Below, one piece after another: positions 55,278 through 64,000 of a DNA stretch of 64,000 nt. The first letter of the stretch is position 1; each line of letters begins with the position of its first letter. The notes under the pieces are model-generated. The model was not told the origin of the DNA and did not search any database. It worked only from the letters and a program-made list of their open reading frames with translations. Location of the stretch: assembly GCA_024276355.1 (NCBI GenBank), contig JAJRXJ010000177.1, positions 7-64,006 on the forward strand, read 5' to 3'. The DNA is from Actinomycetes bacterium. Lineage in GTDB: Bacteria > Actinomycetota > Acidimicrobiia > Acidimicrobiales > Aldehydirespiratoraceae. Made by a program: the position numbers and the translations under genes.

Positions 55278-55901
55278 TCAGAACCTCGTCGGGGAGGAAT
55301 CCTGAGAGAGGGTGAGGTCGACTTCGAGAAACGTCTCGTCGCCGGCTCGGCCGGAATCGTCAAGGTCGATCACCTCAGGTGGTGGAGTCGGCAGCGCCAC
55401 ATCCTGAGCGATGTCGCGGATCGAGTCGGACGCTGCACGCAACTCCGAGACACGCCTGGCCACCTTGGCCTCAAACTCCGCCAGTTCCTCTTGGCGCGTC
55501 TTGATCAGTTCGTTGATGGCCCCGAGGGTCGACTCGGCCTCCCGGATACGGGCAGCGACAGACTCTTCGGCCTCGCGCAACAGGTTGGCCGCTGACTCCT
55601 CCGCCGAGACGGTGATGGTGACGGCATGGGACTCGGCAAATCCGACGATCTCGTCGGCCCGGGAACGAGCATCGGACAGTGCGGCATCGACAGATTTGTG
55701 GGTCGCCTTCATCACCAATTCGACGGACTCCGACACATCTTGATCGCCGTTGATACGGCTCACGAGATCGGCCACACCGTCCGCGACCTTGCGCAGGTGA
55801 CGTTCGACTCGACCCGGGTCGTATCCGTTCTTGACCCGCCGGCCAAAATCGGCGAACACATCATCTCTTGTTATTGTCTTCTGTGCGTCGGACTTCGTCA
55901 T
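55278..55901 (-). CDS. DivIVA-domain coiled-coil protein
   Basis: 'FGRRVKNGYDPGRVERHLRKVADGV' matches the DivIVA N-terminal motif (F..x..GYD..eV..fL). The remainder is predicted coiled coil. The start is ATG 55901. Confidence 0.6.
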   Translation of the reverse strand: MTKSDAQKTITRDDVFADFGRRVKNGYDPGRVERHLRKVADGVADLVSRINGDQDVSESVELVMKATHKSVDAALSDARSRADEIVGFAESHAVTITVSAEESAANLLREAEESVAARIREAESTLGAINELIKTRQEELAEFEAKVARRVSELRAASDSIRDIAQDVALPTPPPEVIDLDDSGRAGDETFLEVDLTLSQDSSPTRF

Positions 55902-55974
55902 AGTTGTGGCCCTGCTCCAAACTTCGCCCACGACTGGTGGGCAACGACGTGCATCTGGCGACACTAGTGGTTGA

Positions 55975-57132
55975 TCAGCCCGGGAGAAAGATCTCGGGGT
56001 CTTTGGGCACGCCATTGACCCTCACCTCGAAGTGGAGGTGAGGACCGGTGCTGAACCCGGTTGTACCGGTGAGCCCCAGAACCTCGCCGGCTTCGAGGAC
56101 GTCGCCCACCTTGGTCTTGAGCGCGCTCATGTGTCCGTAGAGAGTGGTGATGTTGCCGGCGTGCTGGATCACCACCGCGTTTCCGTAACCGCCTCTCCAC
56201 CCCGCGAATATCACCCTGCCGGCCTTCGCAGCCCAGATCGGATCGCCCATGCGCCCGGTTATGTCGACCCCGGGGTGTGAGGCGGTGGAGCCGAATATCG
56301 GGTGGCGCCGAGGGCCGAACTTGGAACTGATTGTGCCCTTCTTCGGGAATATGAACCCCTTGACTGACTCGACACCGTCGACACCGGGGTCGAAACCGAG
56401 TGCCTCGGCCTGCTTGCGTTGGATCAGGCGGGTCATGTCGTCGGCGGCCTGATCGAGCCTGGCAACGTCGGCCTGCCAAGCGGCGATTCGTGATTGAACC
56501 TCCGCCCTGACCGCGTCCTGGGTGCGTCGACGCTCCTCGAGTTGGGTCAACTCCGCTTCCAGCGATACGCGAAGAGTGTCGGCCTCCCGGCTCGCCTGCT
56601 CGCCGGCCAGTACCTGCTGATCCCGTTCGGCCTCGAGCCGTCGCAGGTCGTCGAGCAGATCACGGTCGGACCCGGCGGTGAAATCCAGGAAGGCCCGCCG
56701 AATGGAGGCCTCGTTGAGATCACCGGAGCCAAGCCAACTGTCGAGACCGTCGGTGGAGCCCACATATGCCTCGATGACCCTGTCCGTGATCATGACGGAT
56801 GTGGCCGCCAACTGCTCGGCAGCGTCGGCAGCCATCTTCTCGCGGTTGTTGAGTTCGGCCAGTGCGGCGTCGAGTGCCTGCCGTGCGCCCGCCACCTTGG
56901 CCACCTGGGCATCGACGGACGCCTGGATCTCATCGAGAACCGCGGCGATCTCGGAGTCCTGAAGCTGAAGGAGATCGACTTCGGCCAATGCCGCCGCCTT
57001 GGCGTCGCGGGCGTCTTCGCGCTGCTTTCGAATGTCGCTGATGGTGTCCTGAGCGGAAACAGCCGCCGGCCACGCGAGAAGAACCACCAAGACCGATGTG
57101 ATGATCCGGATCGAGAATCGTGGTGAGTTCAT
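55975..57132 (-). CDS. secreted M23 peptidase with N-terminal coiled coil
   Basis: A signal peptide and a long coiled coil are followed by 'FGPRRHPIFGSTASHPGVDI...GYGNAVVIQHAGNITTLYGHMS...TGFSTGPHLHFEV' (HxxxD and HxH zinc motifs). Confidence 0.85.
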   Translation of the reverse strand: MNSPRFSIRIITSVLVVLLAWPAAVSAQDTISDIRKQREDARDAKAAALAEVDLLQLQDSEIAAVLDEIQASVDAQVAKVAGARQALDAALAELNNREKMAADAAEQLAATSVMITDRVIEAYVGSTDGLDSWLGSGDLNEASIRRAFLDFTAGSDRDLLDDLRRLEAERDQQVLAGEQASREADTLRVSLEAELTQLEERRRTQDAVRAEVQSRIAAWQADVARLDQAADDMTRLIQRKQAEALGFDPGVDGVESVKGFIFPKKGTISSKFGPRRHPIFGSTASHPGVDITGRMGDPIWAAKAGRVIFAGWRGGYGNAVVIQHAGNITTLYGHMSALKTKVGDVLEAGEVLGLTGTTGFSTGPHLHFEVRVNGVPKDPEIFLPG

Positions 57133-57261
57133 GCAGCACAAACCAATGGTCGAGCGACCACCCGCTTCCCGGGCACGATACCCACCGACACCGACTCTGT
57201 GGTGGCATTGGCCACGCGCGCGTCTCATCCGACGATTCTCGTGGTGGACTGTGTGCTGCCC

Positions 57262-58308
57262 ATGACGAATCCGCCACCAGACCCGCGTTCGTTTTCGGTC
57301 TCAGCCCGCTCCGCCACCACTCGGCATGGAACCAAGGTGGCCAAGGCCCAGCGGACCCCGTCGAAGACCAGTTGGAGACGCTGGTTGGTGCGGGTCGTGG
57401 GGTTGCTGACGATCGCCGCACTGGGTGTGGTCGTTGTCATCTCGTTGGCGGCATGGTCCTCTTGGCGAGGCGTGGATCGTGTCGAGCTGTCGGCGGTGAT
57501 GGCCCGGTCATCGTCGGGTACGAACTACCTCATCGTCGGCACCGACTCCCGCGAGGGAATCAGCGCGGATCAGCCCAACGCGGGGGCGATCATCGGATCG
57601 AAGGTTTCCGGTGAGCGCACCGACTCGATCGCCGTTCTCCACACAGGCGATGGTGGAGCCCAGCTCCTTGCGATCCCCCGGGATCTCTATCTTCACCTCG
57701 ACGGAGGTTCCACCAACAGGGTCAACGCAGCCTTCTACTTCGGTGGACCCGAATCCTTGGTTCGCACCATCCAGACCGAGCTCGGAATACGTGTCGACCA
57801 CTACCTGCAGGTCGACCTGGCCGGTTTCCTCGGCTTGGTCGACGCCCTCGGCGGGGTCACCCTCGACATCCCGAATCCGGCGTACGACCGCGGCTCGGGC
57901 TTGAACATCGAGACATCCGGCTCTGTCCACATGGATGGCGATACTGCCCTGGCTTACGTGAGGGCCCGGCACTACGTGGAGATCATCGACGGAAAGCACG
58001 TGTCGGACCCGACATCTGATCTGGGACGGGTCAAGCGACAGCAACAGTTTCTGGCCGCTGTCTTCGCCAAGATGGGGAAGACCAAGAACCCCTTCACCCT
58101 GCTCGGGGTCGTCAGGGGTGTCAGCTCCAACGTAAAGGTCGACGATGCCATGAGCTTCGTCGATGCCGCCCGCCTGGGTCTGACCCTTCGCGGTCTCCAG
58201 CCCGCCACCGCAACGCTTCCCACACGGCCGTTCACCACGGACTCCGGCGCTCAGGTGCTCCTCTTGAACCGCGATGAGGCTGAACCGATGCTTGCCGCGT
58301 TTCGCTGA
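57262..58308 (+). CDS. LytR-CpsA-Psr (LCP) family cell-wall glycopolymer ligase
   Basis: An N-terminal TM helix is followed by 'YLIVGTDSREG', 'RTDSIAVLH', 'LAIPRDLYL' and 'HYLQVDLAGFLGLVDALGGVTLDI'. Confidence 0.85.
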   Translation: MTNPPPDPRSFSVSARSATTRHGTKVAKAQRTPSKTSWRRWLVRVVGLLTIAALGVVVVISLAAWSSWRGVDRVELSAVMARSSSGTNYLIVGTDSREGISADQPNAGAIIGSKVSGERTDSIAVLHTGDGGAQLLAIPRDLYLHLDGGSTNRVNAAFYFGGPESLVRTIQTELGIRVDHYLQVDLAGFLGLVDALGGVTLDIPNPAYDRGSGLNIETSGSVHMDGDTALAYVRARHYVEIIDGKHVSDPTSDLGRVKRQQQFLAAVFAKMGKTKNPFTLLGVVRGVSSNVKVDDAMSFVDAARLGLTLRGLQPATATLPTRPFTTDSGAQVLLLNRDEAEPMLAAFR

Positions 58309-58325
58309 TCACACGAGCCGACGGC

Positions 58326-58883
58326 TCAAATCGACATCACACCACGGGTCGCCACCAGTACCCCGGCCGCGACAGCGAGCAGACCCACCATCGAGCCCAT
58401 GGCCCGCAAGGCAACTCCGCCACTGAGACGGTCGCTGCGGATGGCCAGAGCCCCGATCCCCAGGGACACGACCACCCCGACCATCAATGCGCTCCATCCG
58501 GTTGCCAGCCCCCGCTCGGCACCGGCAGCGATGGAGATGAGCGCCAATGCGGGCGTGAAGATGGTGGGAAAGAACACCGGCACCAGGACCACCATCGGCC
58601 AGTTCGACGCCTGGGCAATCCTGGGGGGTGCGACCACTGTGTCTCTCGCCCCGATCACGACGAGGGCCACACCCGCGGCGATCATGGCCGACGAAGAGGT
58701 CACCCCGATCGCGTTCAGAAGAGGCCCAGAAAAGCCGCCCACCGCCAGGAGCACCGCTCCGGAGAGGGCCGCCGATCGTGTGAAGACACGGGTCCGCCTG
58801 GCCTCGCTGGGTGGAATGGCAGCAGCGAGGCGGGCTGGGTTTACCGCTGAGAGCGCAGCGATGGCCACGAGCAGGAAAGTCAT
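58326..58883 (-). CDS. polytopic membrane protein, MarC/UPF0056-like (weak)
   Basis: It has six predicted TM helices. 'LSAVNP' is near the N-terminus and 'GPLLNAIGVTSSSAMIAAGVALVVIG' resembles the MarC family core. ATG overlaps the upstream stop. Confidence 0.4.
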   Translation of the reverse strand: MTFLLVAIAALSAVNPARLAAAIPPSEARRTRVFTRSAALSGAVLLAVGGFSGPLLNAIGVTSSSAMIAAGVALVVIGARDTVVAPPRIAQASNWPMVVLVPVFFPTIFTPALALISIAAGAERGLATGWSALMVGVVVSLGIGALAIRSDRLSGGVALRAMGSMVGLLAVAAGVLVATRGVMSI

Positions 58884-60106
58884 GATGCCGACCAATCGAG
58901 TGTGAACAGGAGCGTGGACAGGGTGTGTTGCTGATCGTCGAGCTGCGAGACACCCTGGCGGAACCAAGCACCGCCGACCAGTGGGTCGGTGGGATCGATC
59001 GGGGCCTGACGCGAGACCAGGAGTGATGTGGTGCAGGCCGCTCGGGTGAGGACTGCTGCTCGGTCGTCGCCGAGAATACCCTCGCGATCATCGAGCAGGA
59101 AGAGGTTGCCGAAGGCCTCTCCCAGGGTGCCGACACCGGCCGGTAGCGCGATGTCGCCTCGCGTCAACTTGGTGATGCCCCCGACCCGTTGCGACTCGTA
59201 CCGCACCTGCAGACCCAGCATCCACACCTGTCGATCGATCCAGGTTCTTGTGGCCGAGTCAACTGGTGGCGGTTCTGGCCATCGCGACATCGTTTCGAGG
59301 GCATACGCACCCCAGTGGTCTGACACTGGAGGCCAAGGACTCTCGACAGAATCACGATCGTTGATCAGATAGCGCAGTACGGCCAAGGCCGGCACATCGA
59401 AACCTTCATGGGGAAATGTGAGATGGAGCCTTGCGAGCGCCCACAGTGTCTCACCGGTGTAAAAGCGGGATCGTTCGGGGATCGACCCACGGGCAGGGTC
59501 TATCAACGCGTCGACCGCCCCGTCGTCGTTCACCGTCTCGGCCAGTGTTCGGCCAAGCGCTATCATCTGATCGTCGAACGAGTGGTCACCCGTGGCCGCC
59601 CGACGCTCGTCGAGAGCGGCGACCAAGAGCGCGGTGGACCCGGTCTCGAACGGGGTGCTGACACCGAAAGCCGGGCCGATGGGCGTGTCGAAGACCCGTG
59701 CCAGCGCCCAACCCAGTGCACGATCCGCGGGATCCAATGCGCCGACGAAGCCGTGGGACGAAGCTTGGTACAGGGCCACCAATGCCCCGGCATGGCGGGG
59801 GCCGCTGTATCCGCCGAGCTCCGTATGGGTGTCGCGGTCGTATCGATAGATGAAACGACCGTCGTCGGCGGTCGCGGTCCGGAACCAACCGACGGTGGCG
59901 GTGACCGCCGACTCGACATCGGCTCGGCTCAATGACGGGCAACGCTCGGGGTGCACCGCCACACCAACGATTCCGAGGGTGAGTAGCCACGTGAGCAGCC
60001 CGGCTGTCACTCGTCGTCCGATCTGCTGCACGCCGGGCACGCTACAGGCAGGTGACGTTCGCCTACCATGCTTGAATGCCACGAGCAGCCCGCCCCTTGG
60101 CGCCAC
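58880..60106 (-). CDS. membrane-anchored hypothetical protein with alpha/alpha-toroid-like repeats
   Basis: An N-terminal TM helix is followed by repeated 'G..G.....T..al.AL'-type segments ('GGYSGPRHAGALVALYQA', 'ETGSTALLVAALDE', 'FYTGETLWALARLH'). These are reminiscent of prenyltransferase or terpene-cyclase repeats. The start is uncertain because it overlaps the divergent gene. Confidence 0.45.
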   Translation of the reverse strand: MAPRGGLLVAFKHGRRTSPACSVPGVQQIGRRVTAGLLTWLLTLGIVGVAVHPERCPSLSRADVESAVTATVGWFRTATADDGRFIYRYDRDTHTELGGYSGPRHAGALVALYQASSHGFVGALDPADRALGWALARVFDTPIGPAFGVSTPFETGSTALLVAALDERRAATGDHSFDDQMIALGRTLAETVNDDGAVDALIDPARGSIPERSRFYTGETLWALARLHLTFPHEGFDVPALAVLRYLINDRDSVESPWPPVSDHWGAYALETMSRWPEPPPVDSATRTWIDRQVWMLGLQVRYESQRVGGITKLTRGDIALPAGVGTLGEAFGNLFLLDDREGILGDDRAAVLTRAACTTSLLVSRQAPIDPTDPLVGGAWFRQGVSQLDDQQHTLSTLLFTLDWSAS

Positions 60107-60498
60107 TCATCGCCGCGGCCATCGTGCTTTCCCCGATCGTCCACGATCCGCGCCACGACTCCTACCCACTGTCCACCTATCCCATGTTCGCGCCCGACCG
60201 CGGCGCGCTACTCACCATCGACACCGTTGTCAGGGTCGACTCATCGGGTGTCGTCCACCGACTCGACCCCAACACCATTTCCGGGACCGACGAGATAGTC
60301 ACCGCGTCCGTTGTGGCTGTCAAGGCCATCCAGAGGGGCGAGGCCGATCTGCTCTGTCGTGAGGTGGCCGACAGGATCGGAGACCCCGACTCGACTGTCG
60401 AGGTGCGATCCGAGCAGGTCAACACCATCGACGTCGTTGACCATCACGCAGACCCGATCTCGGTAACCATCTGGGCAGAGTGCAGGTTCGGCGAATGA
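60076..60498 (+). CDS. small secreted/anchored hypothetical protein
   Basis: The 140-aa protein has an N-terminal hydrophobic segment 'LAPLIAAAIVLSPIV'. Its stop overlaps the next start (ATGA). Confidence 0.5.
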   Translation: MPRAARPLAPLIAAAIVLSPIVHDPRHDSYPLSTYPMFAPDRGALLTIDTVVRVDSSGVVHRLDPNTISGTDEIVTASVVAVKAIQRGEADLLCREVADRIGDPDSTVEVRSEQVNTIDVVDHHADPISVTIWAECRFGE

Positions 60499-61409
60499 AT
60501 CGAAACGCGCTTCAGCGCCTCGCGATCATGCGAGCGGCCATGGGCCTGTATGCCGTTGTGTGGACGCTGGTTCGCTCGGCCAACATCATCGACACCAGCG
60601 GTCAACCGGCACGAAGGTTCGATCCCATCGGCCCACTCTGGTTTCTCGACCGCCCGCTCCCGACCTGGGTCACTGTTCTTGGCATCCTCACCGTGCTTGT
60701 CGCCGGCACCGCACTGATCGTCGGGTGGAGGTACCGCATCAGTGCTCCCACCGCGGCCATCGCCTTCCTGTTCGTCACCACCTACCGCAACTCCTGGGGC
60801 CACATAATCCACACCGAGAATCTTGCTTCTCTCCAACTTCTCGTGCTGGCCATCGCTCCTGCTGCGACGGTGTGGTCCCTCGATGCCCGACGCGGGGCCG
60901 AGACCGACACCGGTGAGCGAGACGACGGCTGGTGGGCCGTCAATGCCATGGCCGTCCTGGCGGTCGGCACCTACTTCATGGCCGGTGTGGCGAAACTGAG
61001 AATCAGCGGACTCCATTGGGTGAACGGTGATGTCCTGTTGCATCAGGTCGCGTTCGACAACGCCCGCAAGATCATCGTCGGGGCACCGGAGTCTCCCTTT
61101 GCGGCCTTCTTCCTGTCACAACATTGGATGATGGCGCCGGCCGCCATCGGCGCCATGTTGATCGAACTCGGTGCCCCCCTGGCCCTCATCAAGGAGCGGT
61201 TCGCTGCCGTCTGGGTGACCACCGCGATCATGCTCCACTTCGGGATTCTGGCCATCATGGCCATCCTCTTCCCCTACCAACTCCTCGGCTTGGCCATGCT
61301 GCCGCTCCTCCCGATCGAGGCCCGAGCCCCGGGGGTGCTGCACCGCCACCGCTGGTTGGGTAACTTCCTGCGATGGCAGCGCCGATCCCCGATCACCTCG
61401 ACGACCTGA
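60495..61409 (+). CDS. HTTM-like (vitamin-K-dependent gamma-carboxylase-related) polytopic membrane protein
   Basis: The N-terminus 'LQRLAIMRAAMGLYAVVWTLVR' resembles the HTTM-domain opening (LA..R...G). The protein has about 8 TM helices with conserved-looking His/Trp positions. The assignment rests on pattern only. Confidence 0.45.
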   Translation: MNRNALQRLAIMRAAMGLYAVVWTLVRSANIIDTSGQPARRFDPIGPLWFLDRPLPTWVTVLGILTVLVAGTALIVGWRYRISAPTAAIAFLFVTTYRNSWGHIIHTENLASLQLLVLAIAPAATVWSLDARRGAETDTGERDDGWWAVNAMAVLAVGTYFMAGVAKLRISGLHWVNGDVLLHQVAFDNARKIIVGAPESPFAAFFLSQHWMMAPAAIGAMLIELGAPLALIKERFAAVWVTTAIMLHFGILAIMAILFPYQLLGLAMLPLLPIEARAPGVLHRHRWLGNFLRWQRRSPITSTT

Positions 61410-62545
61410 CCACCGACTGGCTCACCACGGCGCTACGCGCCGGGGAGCGAATCGACACCGCCACCCGGGTGGTTTCGATGTCGGTCGAACCTCTCGGGGA
61501 TGGAGCCGGGTTCGCCGGATCACTCGGCCGCCTCACCATCTCCTACGAGGGTGGCGGCGGGCCGACTTCGATCGTGGCCAAGTTTCCGACTTCGGTCAGG
61601 GAGAATCGAGCCTCCTCGGAACTGCTCGGGCTCTACGAACGCGAGATCATGGTCTACCGCGAGCTGCTCGGTGATCTACCTGTTCCCACCGCCGGACTGG
61701 CATACGCACACATCGAAGCCGACCCCAAGGCCGAAAGACAGATTGCCAATCTCGCCAAGGTGGAGCACCTGCCGCTCTGGCTGCTGCGGATCCTGGGCAG
61801 GATCATGCTCCACTCCCCCGCGGCGAAGCCCAAGCCGAGTGTGCTGCTTGTCGACGACCTCGCCCCGGCCACGGTCGGCAACCAAGTGGAGGGCTGCCAC
61901 CGACAAGATGCCGAGGCGGTGGTGGAGGTCGCGGCTGCATTGCACGCAGCCACTCGGGGCCCGCTGGCCCCGCCGACGACCCACTGGCTGCTGCCTGGTG
62001 ACATCGCACCGAAGCTGTTCCAAGCAGCGTTTCTCGATACGAGAAAGGCACTCCTGAAAAGGGGCGGGGCAATTCTGGGGCCCCACACTCTCGAGCTCAT
62101 CGAGATGATGCGTCGGGACGGCCAAGCAGTGAATCAGCGCATCCACCGGAACTCCCCCCTGTGTTTGTGCCACGGAGACCTCAGGCTCGACAACATCTTC
62201 TTCGATCCCAACGGAGGCATTGCCGCCCTCATCGACTGGCAACTCGCCTATCTCGGTCCGGGAGTAATCGACCTCGCATACTTCATCACCGGCTCGCTAC
62301 CTGCCGACACCGCCGAACGAGACATCGACGAACTGATTGCGTTCTACCACGAGAAGCTGGTCGCTCACGGCATCGCCGACTACCCCCTCGATCGTCTGCG
62401 TACCGACTACGACGACGCCCTTCTGATTGTTCTGCAGAGAATGGCAGGCATAGACAACATCGACTTCGGCGAGGGTCGGGGGGTGGATCTCGTCGACATC
62501 TGGCTCGAACGGGTCGATGCCAGACTGCGACGCGTTGAGGTATGA
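61373..62545 (+). CDS. phosphotransferase-family kinase (APH/ChoK/ecdysteroid-kinase-like)
   Basis: 'LCHGDLRLDNIFF' is the catalytic HxDxxxxN loop and 'LIDWQLAYLGPGVIDLAYF' is the IDW/DF metal-binding segment. Confidence 0.75.
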   Translation: MAAPIPDHLDDLTTDWLTTALRAGERIDTATRVVSMSVEPLGDGAGFAGSLGRLTISYEGGGGPTSIVAKFPTSVRENRASSELLGLYEREIMVYRELLGDLPVPTAGLAYAHIEADPKAERQIANLAKVEHLPLWLLRILGRIMLHSPAAKPKPSVLLVDDLAPATVGNQVEGCHRQDAEAVVEVAAALHAATRGPLAPPTTHWLLPGDIAPKLFQAAFLDTRKALLKRGGAILGPHTLELIEMMRRDGQAVNQRIHRNSPLCLCHGDLRLDNIFFDPNGGIAALIDWQLAYLGPGVIDLAYFITGSLPADTAERDIDELIAFYHEKLVAHGIADYPLDRLRTDYDDALLIVLQRMAGIDNIDFGEGRGVDLVDIWLERVDARLRRVEV

Positions 62546-62587
62546 GCGCCATGGGCGGCGGTAGTGTGCAGCCGTCACCGACCAAGG

Positions 62588-63511
62588 ATGCTCATGGGCG
62601 AACTCACCTCCGTCTCCGATATTTTTGACCCTGACGCATGGACACCCGTAGCCGGGTTTGATGATCTGACCGACATCACCTACCACCGCGCCAGGGACCA
62701 GGGAACGGTGCGGATCGCCTTCGACAGGCCCGAGGTCCGCAACGCCTTCCGGCCCCGCACCGTCGACGAGCTGTACCGATGCCTTGATCACGCCCGCATG
62801 AGCAGCGACGTGGGCTGTGTGCTCCTCACCGGCAACGGCCCCTCCCCGAAAGACGGCGGCTGGGCGTTCTGCTCGGGCGGCGATCAGCGGATCAGGGGCC
62901 GTGAGGGCTACAAGTACGCGGATGGCGACACTGCCGACACCATCGATCCGGCGCGGGCCGGCCGGCTGCACATCCTCGAGGTGCAGCGCCTGATCCGGAT
63001 CCTTCCGAAGATCGTCATCGCCGTTGTGCCCGGGTGGGCTGTCGGCGGGGGCCACAGCCTGCATGTGACCGCCGACCTCACCATCGCCAGCGCCGAATAT
63101 GCGATCTTCAAACAAACCGACACCGACGTTGCCAGCTTCGATGGCGGATTCGGATCGGCCTATCTGGCCCGCCAGATCGGGCAGAAGCGGGCGCGTGAGA
63201 TTTTCTTTCTGGGACTCGACTATTCGGCTCAGGAGGCTTTCGACATGGGAATGATCAACAAGGTCGTACCCCACGGCGATCTCGAGGCCGTGGCCCTCGA
63301 ATGGGCCGCCGAGATCAACTCCAAGAGTCCAACCGCTCAGAGAATGGCCAAGTTCGCCTTCAATCTGATCGACGACGGACTGGTGGGCCAGCAGGTATTT
63401 GCCGGTGAGGCCACCAGACTCGCCTACATGACCGACGAGGCCGTCGAGGGCCGTGATGCATTCCTCGAAAAGCGCAAACCCGACTGGTCGGGTTTTCCCT
63501 GGTATTTCTGA
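62588..63511 (+). CDS. menB: 1,4-dihydroxy-2-naphthoyl-CoA synthase
   Basis: 'ITYHRARDQGTVRIAFDRPEVRNAFRP', 'LLTGNGPSPKDGGWAFCSGGDQ', 'VPGWAVGGGHSLHV' and the C-terminal 'FLEKRKPDWSGFPWYF' are present. The start is ATG 62588 or 62594. Confidence 0.9.
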   Translation: MLMGELTSVSDIFDPDAWTPVAGFDDLTDITYHRARDQGTVRIAFDRPEVRNAFRPRTVDELYRCLDHARMSSDVGCVLLTGNGPSPKDGGWAFCSGGDQRIRGREGYKYADGDTADTIDPARAGRLHILEVQRLIRILPKIVIAVVPGWAVGGGHSLHVTADLTIASAEYAIFKQTDTDVASFDGGFGSAYLARQIGQKRAREIFFLGLDYSAQEAFDMGMINKVVPHGDLEAVALEWAAEINSKSPTAQRMAKFAFNLIDDGLVGQQVFAGEATRLAYMTDEAVEGRDAFLEKRKPDWSGFPWYF

Positions 63512-63517
63512 GCGCTG

Positions 63518-64000
63518 GTGCCCTCCGATCTGAACGACCCCGAACTCGTGGTCCGGTTCTGGAAACCTCATGGCGTGATGACCGCTTTCACCGACCGCGA
63601 AGGCCGGGAGACGCTGGCCGACCACATCGACGTGCCCGACATCTATGCGGCCGGCCGTCTCGATCGCGACAGCGAAGGCCTTCTGATCCTCGCCAGATCC
63701 AAACATCTGCGTGGCCTGCTGATGGATCCCGAGGTCGGACACCCCCGCACCTATCTGGTCCAGGTCGAGGGCGTACCCGACGACGACGCCATCAATCGTC
63801 TCTGCGAGGGGGTGCGGCTCAAGGACGGCATGTCCCGACCAGCTGAGGCGTCCCTGCTGCCCGAGCCACCGGAACTACCACCGAGGCGAGTACCGATACG
63901 CGTCCGCAGGACCGTTCCGGATTCCTGGATTCGGCTCACTCTCACCGAGGGTCGCAATCGCCAGGTACGACGGATGACGGCCGCTGTGGGACATCCGACA
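63518..64000 (+). CDS. RsuA/RluE-family pseudouridine synthase (3' end cut by window edge)
   Basis: Hand translation from GTG 63518 gives 'VRFWKPHGVMTAFTD...IYAAGRLDRDSEGLLILA...TYLVQVEG...IRLTLTEGRNRQVRRM'. This contains the catalytic GRLD..SEGLL motif. The frame is open to the window end and the gene is not in the ORF track. Confidence 0.75.
   Translation, partial: MPSDLNDPELVVRFWKPHGVMTAFTDREGRETLADHIDVPDIYAAGRLDRDSEGLLILARSKHLRGLLMDPEVGHPRTYLVQVEGVPDDDAINRLCEGVRLKDGMSRPAEASLLPEPPELPPRRVPIRVRRTVPDSWIRLTLTEGRNRQVRRMTAAVGHPT

Noticed and set aside
62297-63742. 481-aa ORF on the minus strand covering menB and the pseudouridine synthase start
   Set aside because: It lies antisense to two genes with unmistakable family motifs. 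Its translation is Gly/Val/Asp/His-rich with no recognisable domain. It is a typical high-GC shadow ORF.
1-64000. Mobile elements, prophage, integrase/att sites, toxin-antitoxin pairs, rRNA/tRNA genes
   Set aside because: No transposase, integrase, recombinase or phage structural motifs were seen in any listed ORF. No tRNA-like cloverleaf (T-arm GTTCRANYC with matching stems) was found in the intergenic gaps I read. Absence is based on visual inspection only.

Overview
The window is GC-rich with dense coding on both strands and many 4-nt start/stop overlaps. Its content looks like chromosomal DNA from a high-GC Gram-positive (Actinomycetota, possibly Acidimicrobiia-like), though taxonomy is inferred from gene content only. 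I could support about 50 protein genes. I found no rRNA, tRNA, CRISPR array, transposase or integrase. Housekeeping content: RNase D, pyruvate kinase, glutamate synthase gltBD, an M18 aminopeptidase, trkA plus two trkH paralogs, H+-pyrophosphatase hppA, a livGFHM-plus-binding-protein ABC transporter, menB, and an M23 peptidase / LCP / DivIVA envelope group. Four parts are accessory or unusual. (1) At 39.2-47.8 kb a divergent pair of operons encodes only secreted or cell-surface proteins: two WxL-domain proteins, a DUF916/DUF3324-like membrane-anchored protein, an unknown membrane-anchored protein, and two proteins with LAFTG/LSYTG sortase-type signals. This has the composition of the Firmicute Csc/WxL cell-surface complex in a high-GC background. 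It is tied together by a ~175-aa Cys-bracketed domain present five times in three proteins, which I cannot assign to a family. I consider this the best candidate for an undescribed system. (2) At 9.7-20.3 kb a glycan-assembly cluster holds an FAD oxidoreductase, two GT2s, a GT4 and a 1453-aa AftD-like GT-C with discoidin modules, with a GGDEF-EAL gene embedded. It is followed by a conservon-type cvnA-D signalling operon. (3) A 730-bp convergent non-coding gap (8681-9411) is rich in hairpins. (4) Smaller oddities: a truncated McrB-like ATPase with a nuclease-less partner at the left edge, a MobA-rhodanese fusion, and an HTTM-like membrane protein coupled to a small secreted protein near menB. 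All family assignments come from reading motifs in the translations. No database search was run.
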